Source: Candidatus Marsarchaeota archaeon | GTDB lineage: Archaea > Micrarchaeota > Micrarchaeia > Micrarchaeales > CABMGC01 | Reading direction: 5' to 3' | Assembly (NCBI GenBank): GCA_023476545.1 | Contig: JAMCYP010000014.1 | Span: forward strand, 2,297-66,296 | DNA: 64,000 nucleotides | Shown here: positions 28,103 through 36,341 of the stretch, one piece after another | Layout of the letters: each line of letters starts with the position of its first letter | Numbering within the stretch: position 1 is the first letter of the stretch | Position numbers and translations under genes: made by a program | The notes under the pieces: generated by a model | Told to the model about the DNA's origin: nothing | The model's database searches: none | The model's input: the letters and a program-made list of their open reading frames with translations, nothing else

Positions 28103-30886
28103 CTAGCGCTTGCCGTACCTGCTGAAGAACGCAAGATACCTGCCCAGCACCATCGCTGGCGCAGACGGCCTCGCCTTCTGGATCAGCACCATTATGTCTC
28201 CAAGCTTTATGTTCAGCTCGTTGCCGGATATCAGGCTTGCTTCCAGCGTGTTAAGCTTTACCTGCCTGCATATGTTTGCTATGTCTGCTCCTGTGTATCC
28301 TTCTGTAGAAGCGGCAAGCTTGGCGAAGTCCACGTCCACGTCCAGAGGTGCCTTCTCGAGGTTCAGCTCGAAGATCTTAGCCCTGTCCTCAGCGCCGGGA
28401 GGCGGCATAAAGATGAGCCTGTCAAACCTGCCCGAACGGAGTATGGCAGGATCCAGCGCATCGGGCCTGTTTGTCGCTGCTACTACCACAACCCCAGTGG
28501 TGTCCTTTATCTTGTCGAACTCCTCCAGGAACTCTCCAGCCAGCTGCAGGCCGTTCTGGTGCGCCGTGTCACGGGAAGGGACTATCGCATCTATCTCGTC
28601 CACGAAGACTATCGCGGGCGCGTTCTCCTTGGCGCGGTCGAATATCTCCTTTACGGCAGCGGTGGCCTGGCTGGGCCCGTACTTCGATATGTCATAGCCT
28701 GATATGGAAAGCACGTGCACGTCTCCTATCTCGTTGGCCACAGCCTGCATGAGCATCGTCTTGCCGGTACCGGGAGGGCCGAATAGGAGTATGCCCTTTA
28801 TGTTTCCTATGTCATACTTCTTGAGAAGCTCTGGATGCAGTATGGGCACCTCTACTGCTTCGTGAAGCGCAGTCTTCGCGTCTTCGGCGTCGACAACGTC
28901 ATCAAGGGTTATCCTCTTCTCGTCCTCCACCTTGCTCTCAGGGTGCATCCTCCTCTCATAGTCTAGCCTGAATGTGTTGTACTCCTCTAGCTGGGCGAGC
29001 GATGTTGACGGTTTCGTGCCCTTGATCACGTGCACCAGGTCTGACATTTTTATCGCCAGCACCTCACGTTTTGATACTGCCTTGTCTCCAACCTGCCTGC
29101 TGACCTCCTCGCAGATGTTCTTTATGTCTGCAGCAGAGAACCTGTTCGTGAGGCTCGCGAGCTTCGGATAGTCAATGTCCTTGGCGATGGGAAGGTTTGT
29201 GAGATAGTGCTGGAAGATCTTCTGCCTGCCGGGCTGGTCCGGCAGCGGCATGAAAAGTATCTTGTCGAACCTTCCTGGTCTGAGGATGGCGGGATCGAGC
29301 AGCTGCGGCACGTTTGTGGCTCCCACGATGGCAACGTCCGATACTGCCTTGAAGCCGTCCATCTCGCTGAGCAGCGTGGTTATGAGCTCCATCCTTCCGC
29401 CGCTGTCCTGCCTGTCCCTCCTGCCCGCGATGCTGTCTATCTCGTCGAAGAAGAGGACGCATGGCGCATGCTTCTTCGCGGTTATGAATATCTTCGACAG
29501 CGCCTGCGAGCCTTCGCCGGCGTACGGGGAGAGAAGCGACGAGGCGCTAACGTAGAAGAATCCGGCGCGGATCTCGTTAGCCAGAGCCCTCATTATTAGC
29601 GTCTTTCCAGTTCCTGGAGGGCCGAACAGCAGTATTCCCTTGGCTGGCTTGACGTTGTACGCTCCAGATATCTCCCTGTGCTCTATGGGGCCGAGTATAG
29701 CCTCCTTCAGCTCCTGCTTCGTCTCGTCGTAGTTGGCCACATCGGCCAGAGTCTCTGAGGTACCGGTGGTGAGGTCTTGCAGGGCCACTCCGAACTTTCC
29801 AAGTATGTCGCGCTTCATCACATCGAGCGCCTGCACCACCTCTATGTCCATAGATTCGAGGGCGAAAAGGAGCACGGGGGTCGCGATGAAGCTGACCAGC
29901 ACCAGTAGGTTGAAGTCCATTCCTTGCATTCTTGCAAAGATAAATGCGGATACCGGAATGACGACGCCGAACAGGCTGGCGATGGCTCCTTTGTATGGCG
30001 AGCGGCTCTTGATCGCGTAGTTGGCTACGCTGAACGCCACGAATATCCACACGATTAGCTGCAGCAGCGTGTACTGGATGTCATAGGCAATGGCAGCTCC
30101 GGCATAGAAGAACGCGTTGAACAGGTTGCTGACCACCTCCGTGCTGACGAACGTGCCAAGAGACGATGAGAGGGCGCTGAAGAAGTTGCCTATGCTGGCC
30201 GCAGGCTTGGTAACCGCGAGGTACTGCTCAAGAGGATGCCCTTGGATCAGCGCGTGGCCCTGGAGCGAGTTGTAGATTATCGGGGAGGCAACAGGCACGT
30301 TGGCCAGGTTCGAGACCATCGCCACTATCAAAATCACCAAAACGCCTATCACTGCGCTCCTTCTGAAGCCGAGGACAAGCACCGCCAGGATGAATCCAGG
30401 AATCTCAAACATCAGCCCCAGGTAAGAGAGGGGGAGCGATGCCAGAGCATAGGCGTACGCTATCGACCTGTAGTGTTTGTACCCAAGGAAGAGCGATGCG
30501 CTTATTATCAGAGTGACTATCCATGCGAGCAACGGTGCCTGGTATATGATCATCGGCAGGGTAAGCAGCAGCAGCCCCATCAGCCCGACCGCGGGTATGA
30601 GATAGGTAAGCGCGAAGACGGTTACGGCAAGAGCAATGAAGACAGGAAGCGGGAAGAAGGGAAAAGCTATGCCAAGGCTGAGGAAGGCGAACGTCGTGGC
30701 TATGGAATCGTGGAAGTTCTTGTTGGCCATTATCTGCTTCAGGAAGTCCTTCAGCCAGTAAACTGAGAGAGGCAACCGTATTCGCATGCGTGATGGCGAG
30801 TCATCGTCATTCTGAGCGTAGCTGTGCTGCTGCGCACCGCCTCCCCTCTTCGTGCCCCCGCTCCTCGGCATAACCTTTACTCTCAT
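28103..30886 (-). CDS. membrane-anchored tandem AAA+ ATPase (Cdc48/VAT-like D1-D2 with a polytopic N-terminal domain)
   Basis: 927 aa. Residues ~55-355 hold about 8-10 hydrophobic helices. Two full AAA modules follow: GPPGTGKT twice (DNA ~29600-29625 and ~28757-28780), FFDEID/FVDEID, and ATNxPxxLDPAILRxGRFD twice. Confidence 0.9.
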   Translation of the reverse strand: MRVKVMPRSGGTKRGGGAQQHSYAQNDDDSPSRMRIRLPLSVYWLKDFLKQIMANKNFHDSIATTFAFLSLGIAFPFFPLPVFIALAVTVFALTYLIPAVGLMGLLLLTLPMIIYQAPLLAWIVTLIISASLFLGYKHYRSIAYAYALASLPLSYLGLMFEIPGFILAVLVLGFRRSAVIGVLVILIVAMVSNLANVPVASPIIYNSLQGHALIQGHPLEQYLAVTKPAASIGNFFSALSSSLGTFVSTEVVSNLFNAFFYAGAAIAYDIQYTLLQLIVWIFVAFSVANYAIKSRSPYKGAIASLFGVVIPVSAFIFARMQGMDFNLLVLVSFIATPVLLFALESMDIEVVQALDVMKRDILGKFGVALQDLTTGTSETLADVANYDETKQELKEAILGPIEHREISGAYNVKPAKGILLFGPPGTGKTLIMRALANEIRAGFFYVSASSLLSPYAGEGSQALSKIFITAKKHAPCVLFFDEIDSIAGRRDRQDSGGRMELITTLLSEMDGFKAVSDVAIVGATNVPQLLDPAILRPGRFDKILFMPLPDQPGRQKIFQHYLTNLPIAKDIDYPKLASLTNRFSAADIKNICEEVSRQVGDKAVSKREVLAIKMSDLVHVIKGTKPSTSLAQLEEYNTFRLDYERRMHPESKVEDEKRITLDDVVDAEDAKTALHEAVEVPILHPELLKKYDIGNIKGILLFGPPGTGKTMLMQAVANEIGDVHVLSISGYDISKYGPSQATAAVKEIFDRAKENAPAIVFVDEIDAIVPSRDTAHQNGLQLAGEFLEEFDKIKDTTGVVVVAATNRPDALDPAILRSGRFDRLIFMPPPGAEDRAKIFELNLEKAPLDVDVDFAKLAASTEGYTGADIANICRQVKLNTLEASLISGNELNIKLGDIMVLIQKARPSAPAMVLGRYLAFFSRYGKR

Positions 30887-30929
30887 ATGGCTATATTATT
30901 AATATTGGCTAATTGCTATAATTATGTTT

Positions 30930-31029
30930 CCCGCAGTAGCTCAACGGCAGAGCGCTCGCCTGTAGTTTTTGACTGCTTCTATCAAGAGAAGAAAGCGAGA
31001 TGTTGCTGGTTCAAATCCGGCCTGCGGGA
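30930..31029 (+). tRNA. tRNA-Tyr (anticodon GUA) with a canonical-position intron
   Basis: Hand fold: acceptor CCCGCAG/CTGCGGG (C1-G72, the archaeal Tyr identity pair), D arm GCTC/GAGC, anticodon stem CTCGC/GCGAG, CT-GTA-G then the intron, T arm GCTGG-TTCAAAT-CCGGC. Confidence 0.85.
30966..30993 (+). other. tRNA-Tyr intron (~28 nt, after position 37; boundaries +/-2 nt)
   Basis: Sequence between G37 and the 3' anticodon-stem strand: tttttgactgcttctatcaagagaagaa, containing a CTTCT/AGAAG hairpin. Confidence 0.7.
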
Positions 31030-31055
31030 CTCACAGGACCAATAGCGGCGACCAG

Positions 31056-31313
31056 ATGGCAGACGTTGCGTCTTTGCTCGGATACGGGGCTGGAATCCTA
31101 ATAACAGTAGCGTATGTGCCGCAGGTTGTACGCGCATATCGCAGCAAGTCCACCAAGGACCTATCTAAACTGTGGCTCGTGATACTGGTAGTCGGCGACC
31201 TGGCATGGCTTGCGTATGGAGTTGCGCTTGCTTCTCTGCCACTCATTGCGTCGAACGGAGTTCTTCTTGTCCTCACCGCAGCACTGCTTGCGATGAAGCT
31301 CAGGTACGGCTGA
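31056..31313 (+). CDS. SemiSWEET / PQ-loop sugar transporter (single 3-TM unit)
   Basis: 85 aa: LLGYGAGILITVAYVPQVVRAYRSKSTKDLS...GDLAWLAYG...LPLIASNG, a typical PQ-loop pattern. Start at ATG 31056, after the tRNA. Confidence 0.85.
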   Translation: MADVASLLGYGAGILITVAYVPQVVRAYRSKSTKDLSKLWLVILVVGDLAWLAYGVALASLPLIASNGVLLVLTAALLAMKLRYG

Positions 31314-31365
31314 AAGGCGGACAGCAAATTAACACTTATAAACCTAGAACGAGAACTCATACTGC

Positions 31366-31438
31366 GCCTTGGTAGTGTAGTGGTCTAGCATACGAGCCTG
31401 TCACGCTTGTGACCCGGGTTCGAATCCCGGCCAAGGCG
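31366..31438 (+). tRNA. tRNA-Asp (anticodon GUC)
   Basis: Hand fold: acceptor GCCTTGG/CCAAGGC, anticodon stem CGAGC/GCTTG, loop CTGTCAC, T arm CCGGG-TTCGAAT-CCCGG, discriminator G. Confidence 0.9.
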
Positions 31439-31505
31439 TCCTATTCTTACGCCGCAGCGCCGGGTTCGAAAAAGCAAGATGGTTGCACCCTAGCTAGATT
31501 CTGAT

Positions 31506-31519
31506 TCTGCGGCCGCAGA
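31506..31519. repeat. perfect 14-bp palindrome TCTGCGGCCGCAGA
   Basis: Verified base by base. Lies between tRNA-Asp and the 31577 gene, about 60 nt upstream of its ATG. Confidence 0.8.
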
Positions 31520-31576
31520 GCTCAAACGTCGCGTTGTCGCACAAGCGTATTAAAACTTACGCTACATATCGACATC

Positions 31577-32158
31577 ATGGTGTCAACAAAACTTCTGGGA
31601 GGCGTCATAGCGGCAGTCATAGTAATCGTAGTCGTAGCATTGGCGTTTACTTCTCTCCATAAATCAAGCAATCCGCAGTACCTTATAACATCCTCCGCGA
31701 ACAGTACCGCAGCTTATTCGGCCGGGCCGTACCTTACCTCCGGCCAAGCTGAAGGATTTATAGGCCCTGTGCAGACAAGCGGCATAAAGGCGCTTAATAC
31801 CTCCGCTGCAATCGCCAATTTCAGCAAAAGCTTAGTAGCAAATGCGAGTGCAGTGTGGGTGGCAATCTACGCAGATGCGCGAAACGCCAGCATTTCTGAG
31901 GAGGTTGTAGAAGCAATAAATTCTAGCAAGGCACAAGCAATGTATAGTTTAATGACGGCGTCCGCACAACAGCATCCCAACTACAACTTTGGCACGTATG
32001 ACAACATGGCATACGTTGAAGTACCATACAACCAGACCACACACACCGCAGGGTTTATGGGCTGGAAAGGGCGCTATGACGTCTTAGCATTTATATCAAA
32101 TGTGAGCGCGGTGAACGTTACCAACCTAGTGCATGTAGCGGCAGGAGACCTGAAATGA
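31577..32158 (+). CDS. membrane-anchored hypothetical extracellular protein
   Basis: 193 aa with an N-terminal TM (LLGGVIAAVIVIVVVALAF) and several N-x-S/T sequons; no recognised domain. Confidence 0.6.
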   Translation: MVSTKLLGGVIAAVIVIVVVALAFTSLHKSSNPQYLITSSANSTAAYSAGPYLTSGQAEGFIGPVQTSGIKALNTSAAIANFSKSLVANASAVWVAIYADARNASISEEVVEAINSSKAQAMYSLMTASAQQHPNYNFGTYDNMAYVEVPYNQTTHTAGFMGWKGRYDVLAFISNVSAVNVTNLVHVAAGDLK

Positions 32159-32473
32159 GATGGCCGAAGCTCAAATGCCACATGGTTGCCTCAAACTGGT
32201 TGCACTCCTGGCTAGCTAAGTTCTGGCTCTGCAACAAGTCCAAAGAGAGGGATATAACACCTAAAGAAGGCAGATTTTTATTGGCTTTATGGCCGACCGA
32301 AACAAATTTGCCAGTATGATGAAGAAATGATGTTTTGGTGAGACTATGAACAAAACAGAGATAGTTAGGCCGAGGCGTAATCCTTTGGTGCGACGCGGGC
32401 GCGTATGCAGGTAAATCTGCTTTGAACTCTGCTTTAAAAACTTTCAACCCCAATTTCAGTACATGGTGGGTTG

Positions 32474-32953
32474 ATGCAAGAGATATATGGCAAGCCTTTG
32501 ACAGAGACCGAGGCGAGGTCGCTGGTGGTGAGGGACATAATGAGCTATCCGGTAGTGACTACTCACGAGAAAGCGAGCATCAGGGAAGTGGCGAAGCTTA
32601 TGAAGAAGCACAACGTTGACGCGGTTGTGATGACCGACAAGTCCGGCGCGCCTTCTGGAATAATAACAGAGGGAGACATAGTGAGGAGACTCGTGTCAAC
32701 GAAGAGGAACCTGTGGTTCGTCAAGGCGGCGCACGTGATGAGCAAGCCGCTCATAACGGTAAGCAGAGACATGAGCATTGAGGATGCTGCGAAGTTCATG
32801 GCGGAGAAGAAGATAAAGAAACTATGCGTGGTTGACCAGGGCAGGAAGCTGATTGGTATGCTCACCACAGAGGACATAACGAAGAACGCCGGCTACCTCA
32901 TCAATGTGCTTCAGGAAGTTATACATACCGGCTACTACATGGGCCTGCTGTAA
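32474..32953 (+). CDS. CBS-domain pair protein
   Basis: Two CBS repeats (VRDIMSYPVVT...GIITEGDIVRR; HVMSKPLITV...GMLTTEDITK). ATG 32474 sits just after TTG 32471. Confidence 0.85.
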   Translation: MQEIYGKPLTETEARSLVVRDIMSYPVVTTHEKASIREVAKLMKKHNVDAVVMTDKSGAPSGIITEGDIVRRLVSTKRNLWFVKAAHVMSKPLITVSRDMSIEDAAKFMAEKKIKKLCVVDQGRKLIGMLTTEDITKNAGYLINVLQEVIHTGYYMGLL

Positions 32954-32961
32954 CTCGCTGG

Positions 32962-34374
32962 CTAGGCGAACGGCGCGAGGAGTAGGAATGGCGCGATACC
33001 CAGTGTGATCGTTGAGATAGCGAGGAAGACCATCGCAGCCTTTATGCCAATTCCAGGGCTCGAGAAAGGCTCGATCGCTTTTGACGCGCTGAAGAACGCT
33101 CGCTCGATCACCAGGAAGAAGAGTGCTCCGATTATCAGCACTGCGGCAAGCGGCACCACACCCCCAGCGCTGTATGCGCTGAAAGCTCCAATGAAGACAA
33201 GCAGGTCGCCCACAAAGCCGCTGGTCAGCGGTATGCCAACAAGCGCAAATGTTCCGAAGACAAAGCCGTAAGCCAGTGAAGGAAAGTTCTTCACCACTCC
33301 TTTTATCTTTGCCACCAGCATCGTGCCGTATACCTCGTCTAGCGTTCCGACGATGAGGAAGAGAAGCGATATGGCGATTCCGTGGCTCAGCATCGCGTAT
33401 ATCCCGCCCACTATCCCCACCCGGGTCAGCGAGGCGATTCCGAGAGACGCGATTCCCATGTCAACGATGCTTGTGTAGGCGATCATGCGCTTCAGGTGCG
33501 CCTGACGCATCGCCACCAGCGCGCTGTAAAGGGCGGATATCCCGAAAAGCACCGCAAGGGGAAGCGCGTAGCTAGATGCTATTGGCAGCATGAGAAAGAC
33601 GAGAAGCAGGCCGTATCCGCCCAGCTTCAGAAGTATGCCGGCAAGTATCATGCTTCCTGTGGTAGGCGCCTCGGTGTGCGCGTCTGGCAGCCAGCTGTGG
33701 AATGGGAACACTGGTATCTTTATCAGGAATGCCGTGCCCAGGAGCACGAGTGCCAGAAGCTGCAGGCTCTGCGGCATCGTGCCCGCCTGCGATATCACCG
33801 ATGCTATCTCGAAGGTATGAGCAGGCAGACCGGAGTATATCACAAGTATGCCCAGCAGGAGCAGCAGGCTTGCAGCAAGAGAGTATATGAGGAACTTTAT
33901 CGCCGCGTACCTCCTGTCGTAGCCACCGAAGATGTAGATTATGAAGAACATGGAGATCTCGCTGATCTCAAAGAAGATGTAGAACAGGAAGAGGCTGCCT
34001 GCAAAGAAGACACCAAGCACCGAGCCCGATACCAGCAGGAAGAGCAGGCCGTATATGCGCTGCGACTCTTTGATGAAGCTCCTGGCAACCAGCGCAGAGG
34101 CGAGTATCACTATGGCGGCCATCACGGCGAATATGTTGCTGTACTGAGTCAGTGCAAGGCTGAAGGTTATGCCAAGCGTCTGTATGTATGTCTGGGAGAA
34201 CGAGAGCGGCGCAAAACCTGAGGTAAGGCCTACGTACGCTGAGCCTATCACTGCGAAGAAAACGGCGATGGAAGAGACAAGCGCAACATTGAACGAGTGG
34301 CGCTCAGGGAGGACAAGCAGCGGAATGACGAACAGGAAGGGAAGGAGTACTGAGAGCAAGAGCAATGGGAACAT
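32962..34374 (-). CDS. nuoM: complex I-like subunit M (NuoM/ND4, antiporter-like), detached from the nuo block
   Basis: 470 aa with FHSWLPDAHTEAPTTGSMILAGILLKLG and LKRMIAYTSIVDMG (compare AYSSVSHMG). Confidence 0.88.
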   Translation of the reverse strand: MFPLLLLSVLLPFLFVIPLLVLPERHSFNVALVSSIAVFFAVIGSAYVGLTSGFAPLSFSQTYIQTLGITFSLALTQYSNIFAVMAAIVILASALVARSFIKESQRIYGLLFLLVSGSVLGVFFAGSLFLFYIFFEISEISMFFIIYIFGGYDRRYAAIKFLIYSLAASLLLLLGILVIYSGLPAHTFEIASVISQAGTMPQSLQLLALVLLGTAFLIKIPVFPFHSWLPDAHTEAPTTGSMILAGILLKLGGYGLLLVFLMLPIASSYALPLAVLFGISALYSALVAMRQAHLKRMIAYTSIVDMGIASLGIASLTRVGIVGGIYAMLSHGIAISLLFLIVGTLDEVYGTMLVAKIKGVVKNFPSLAYGFVFGTFALVGIPLTSGFVGDLLVFIGAFSAYSAGGVVPLAAVLIIGALFFLVIERAFFSASKAIEPFSSPGIGIKAAMVFLAISTITLGIAPFLLLAPFA

Positions 34375-34496
34375 CAGATCACGCGCGCCTACTGTCTATA
34401 CCTACCTCAAAGCTTTTATTTGATCACGCTGGGAGAAGGGCGGAGCACGAGCTGAGATACGATACTATACGACATCGGAACAGGAGAGCGTGCGGA

Positions 34497-34805
34497 TCAG
34501 CTTGCAGCGTCTATGCTTCCTTCAGGGAAACCGAGGTTGACGAGCTCCTTCTTCGCCTCTGCGATATGCTCCCCCTGAAGCTCTATGACTCCCTTCTTGT
34601 GGGTCCCGCCGCAGGCAAGCTTGTTCTTCAGCGCAACGGTGGTCTTGTCCAGCTCGTCGCCAGCGAGTCCCTCTACTATGGTGACAAACTTGCTGAACTT
34701 TGCCTTGGCCTTGTAGATCTTGATGCGTTTTGTAGCCTCTCTGTCCAGTATTTCGCAGACGCAGATTTCCTTTGGCAGACCGCACCTTGGGCACATCTCA
34801 GGCAT
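34497..34805 (-). CDS. sui1: translation initiation factor aSUI1 (eIF1)
   Basis: 102 aa: CPRCGLPKEICVCE zinc knuckle plus SUI1 core (KLACGGT...IELQGEH). TAATG overlap with rpl29. Confidence 0.9.
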   Translation of the reverse strand: MPEMCPRCGLPKEICVCEILDREATKRIKIYKAKAKFSKFVTIVEGLAGDELDKTTVALKNKLACGGTHKKGVIELQGEHIAEAKKELVNLGFPEGSIDAAS

Positions 34806-35002
34806 TAGTTGGCAACACCTTTCTCTTTTAGCAGCGTGAGGATCTGAGCCCTGGTCCTCTTTATCTCCCTGACCTTTACCTTCTTGCTCTGCACTCCTGT
34901 GGCCGCTATCTTGCGCTTCTCTATTGACAAATCGAGGGTGAGCTGCTGAAGCTTGTTCTTAAGCACGTCAACGCTCATTGCCCTTAGTTCCTTTATGCGC
35001 AT
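34805..35002 (-). CDS. rpl29: 50S ribosomal protein uL29
   Basis: 65 aa: MRIKELRAMSVDVLKNKLQQL...REIKRTRAQILT. Confidence 0.9.
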   Translation of the reverse strand: MRIKELRAMSVDVLKNKLQQLTLDLSIEKRKIAATGVQSKKVKVREIKRTRAQILTLLKEKGVAN

Positions 35003-35038
35003 TTCATCATCTATTGTGCATTTGCTTATATTTATACC

Positions 35039-35665
35039 TTACTTGGAGCCCTCGAGGCTCTTCGGCAGCGCCATCTTTGCTATCTGCCTGTCAGGGAACG
35101 ATGTCCCTGGCTGGACTATCATCACCTGTATCCCGATCGCCCCGTACTTCGGGTATGAGGTGACGCGCGCCTTGTCCACGAGTTTGACCGAGTCGCCGGC
35201 CTTGGGAATGTAACCGAATCTCACCTTTATCTGCTTGGCCTTTGCGCCCTTCGCTGCCAGCTTTCCAGTTGCTATTATCTCAGCGCCGAGGGCTCCGTTC
35301 TCCATGACGGTCCTGAGCGCCGAGTGAAGCAGGCTCCTCGCATTCGCTCCCCTCTCGAGCGCGTTTGCTATATGCCTTGCGACCAGCCTCGGCTCCAGGA
35401 GCTCGTTCTTGACTTCAGCCACGCTGATCTGCGGATTGTCTATCTTGAACTTGGACTTTATGTCCTGGGTTATCGCGTCTATTGTTGAGCCGCCCCTTCC
35501 TATGACCCTGCCCGGGTTGGTCACGTATGCGGTTATTCTTGTTATCACTGGCGTCTTCTGTATCTCCACCCTGGAGAAGCCCGCCCTGCTGAGCGTCTTC
35601 TCGAGATACTTTGTTATCTCGTGCTTGACCATTGCGTCTTCGATGAACTTCCTCTCTACTACCAT
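35039..35665 (-). CDS. rps3: 30S ribosomal protein uS3
   Basis: KH domain with GRVIGRGGSTI. Start taken at MVVERKFIED (35665), 13 nt after the uL22 stop. Confidence 0.95.
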   Translation of the reverse strand: MVVERKFIEDAMVKHEITKYLEKTLSRAGFSRVEIQKTPVITRITAYVTNPGRVIGRGGSTIDAITQDIKSKFKIDNPQISVAEVKNELLEPRLVARHIANALERGANARSLLHSALRTVMENGALGAEIIATGKLAAKGAKAKQIKVRFGYIPKAGDSVKLVDKARVTSYPKYGAIGIQVMIVQPGTSFPDRQIAKMALPKSLEGSK

Positions 35666-35678
35666 ACTATCTCTCGTT

Positions 35679-36341
35679 TCACTTCTTTGCGGTTGCATCT
35701 GCCTTGGCTTCCGCTTTTGGTTCTACCTTCGCTTCGGGCTGTTTGGCTGCCTTCTGCGTCTTTTGCTGCTTCGGCGCGCTTGCTGCAGGCTTCGGCTTTG
35801 AAGCACGCTTGGGGTTCCTTACCCTAATCATGCGCTTCATGTTCTCGGTGAGAGAGGACGCATCGGCGTTCGCCAGGCCTATCTCCACCTTTGCATACTC
35901 GAGGTCGCTGTGCGTTCGCGCAGACATGCCGTACATTCCCCTGCCCCATGAGGCTGATCCCTTTGATGGCATCCTTCTTGCTATCACGGTCTTGTTTGCA
36001 GAAGCGTGTACAACGTAGAGCGCAGTGTCGTCAAGCCCCTTGCTCCTTGAATTCGCTATGGCGTTGAGCAGAATCAGCCTGACTATCTTCGCCGCCTTTA
36101 TAGGGAAGGCGCCCTTTCTGCCGCCGAGCTCGCTTCTGGATCCCATGTGCTTGTTGAACTTGTGGAAGAGTATGGGCTTCTCCAACGCCACTATTCCCGC
36201 TATGACGTCCATGGCGTTGTCTGTGTTGAGATACCTTATCGCATCGCAGACCACGCAGAGGTCCTTGTAGCTGGCGTCGATGTCGTGACCCTGAGCCAGG
36301 CCCATCTGGTCGCTTGCTATGTTTATCGAGTACCTCATCAC
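35679..36341 (-). CDS. rpl22: 50S ribosomal protein uL22 with a ~60-aa Lys/Ala/Pro/Gln-rich C-terminal tail
   Basis: uL22 core covers roughly aa 1-160; the tail reads KRASKPKPAASAPKQQKTQKAAKQPEAKVEPKAEAKADATAKK. Confidence 0.9.
   Translation of the reverse strand: MMRYSINIASDQMGLAQGHDIDASYKDLCVVCDAIRYLNTDNAMDVIAGIVALEKPILFHKFNKHMGSRSELGGRKGAFPIKAAKIVRLILLNAIANSRSKGLDDTALYVVHASANKTVIARRMPSKGSASWGRGMYGMSARTHSDLEYAKVEIGLANADASSLTENMKRMIRVRNPKRASKPKPAASAPKQQKTQKAAKQPEAKVEPKAEAKADATAKK

Noticed and set aside
30969-31055. 5' extension of the SemiSWEET ORF (114-aa version)
   Set aside because: It reads through the 3' half of tRNA-Tyr. The PQ-loop protein starts at ATG 31056.
31460-31470. 11-nt match (ccgggttcgaa) to the tRNA-Asp T arm 22 nt downstream of the tRNA, a possible att remnant
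   Set aside because: It is too short. There is no second copy bounding an element and no integrase in the window.
32310-32350. Possible C/D-box sRNA (ATGATGA ... ATGATG)
   Set aside because: No CTGA D or D' boxes occur at the required spacing and there is no terminal stem.
32118-32453. 111-aa minus-strand ORF in the 32159-32470 gap
   Set aside because: It overlaps the end of the 31577 gene, has non-genic composition and has no start context.
33382-34221. 279-aa + ORF antisense to nuoM (similarly 25155..25826- in nuoL and 51321..52145- in the helicase)
   Set aside because: These are His/Arg/Tyr/Gln-rich shadow frames inside well-supported genes.
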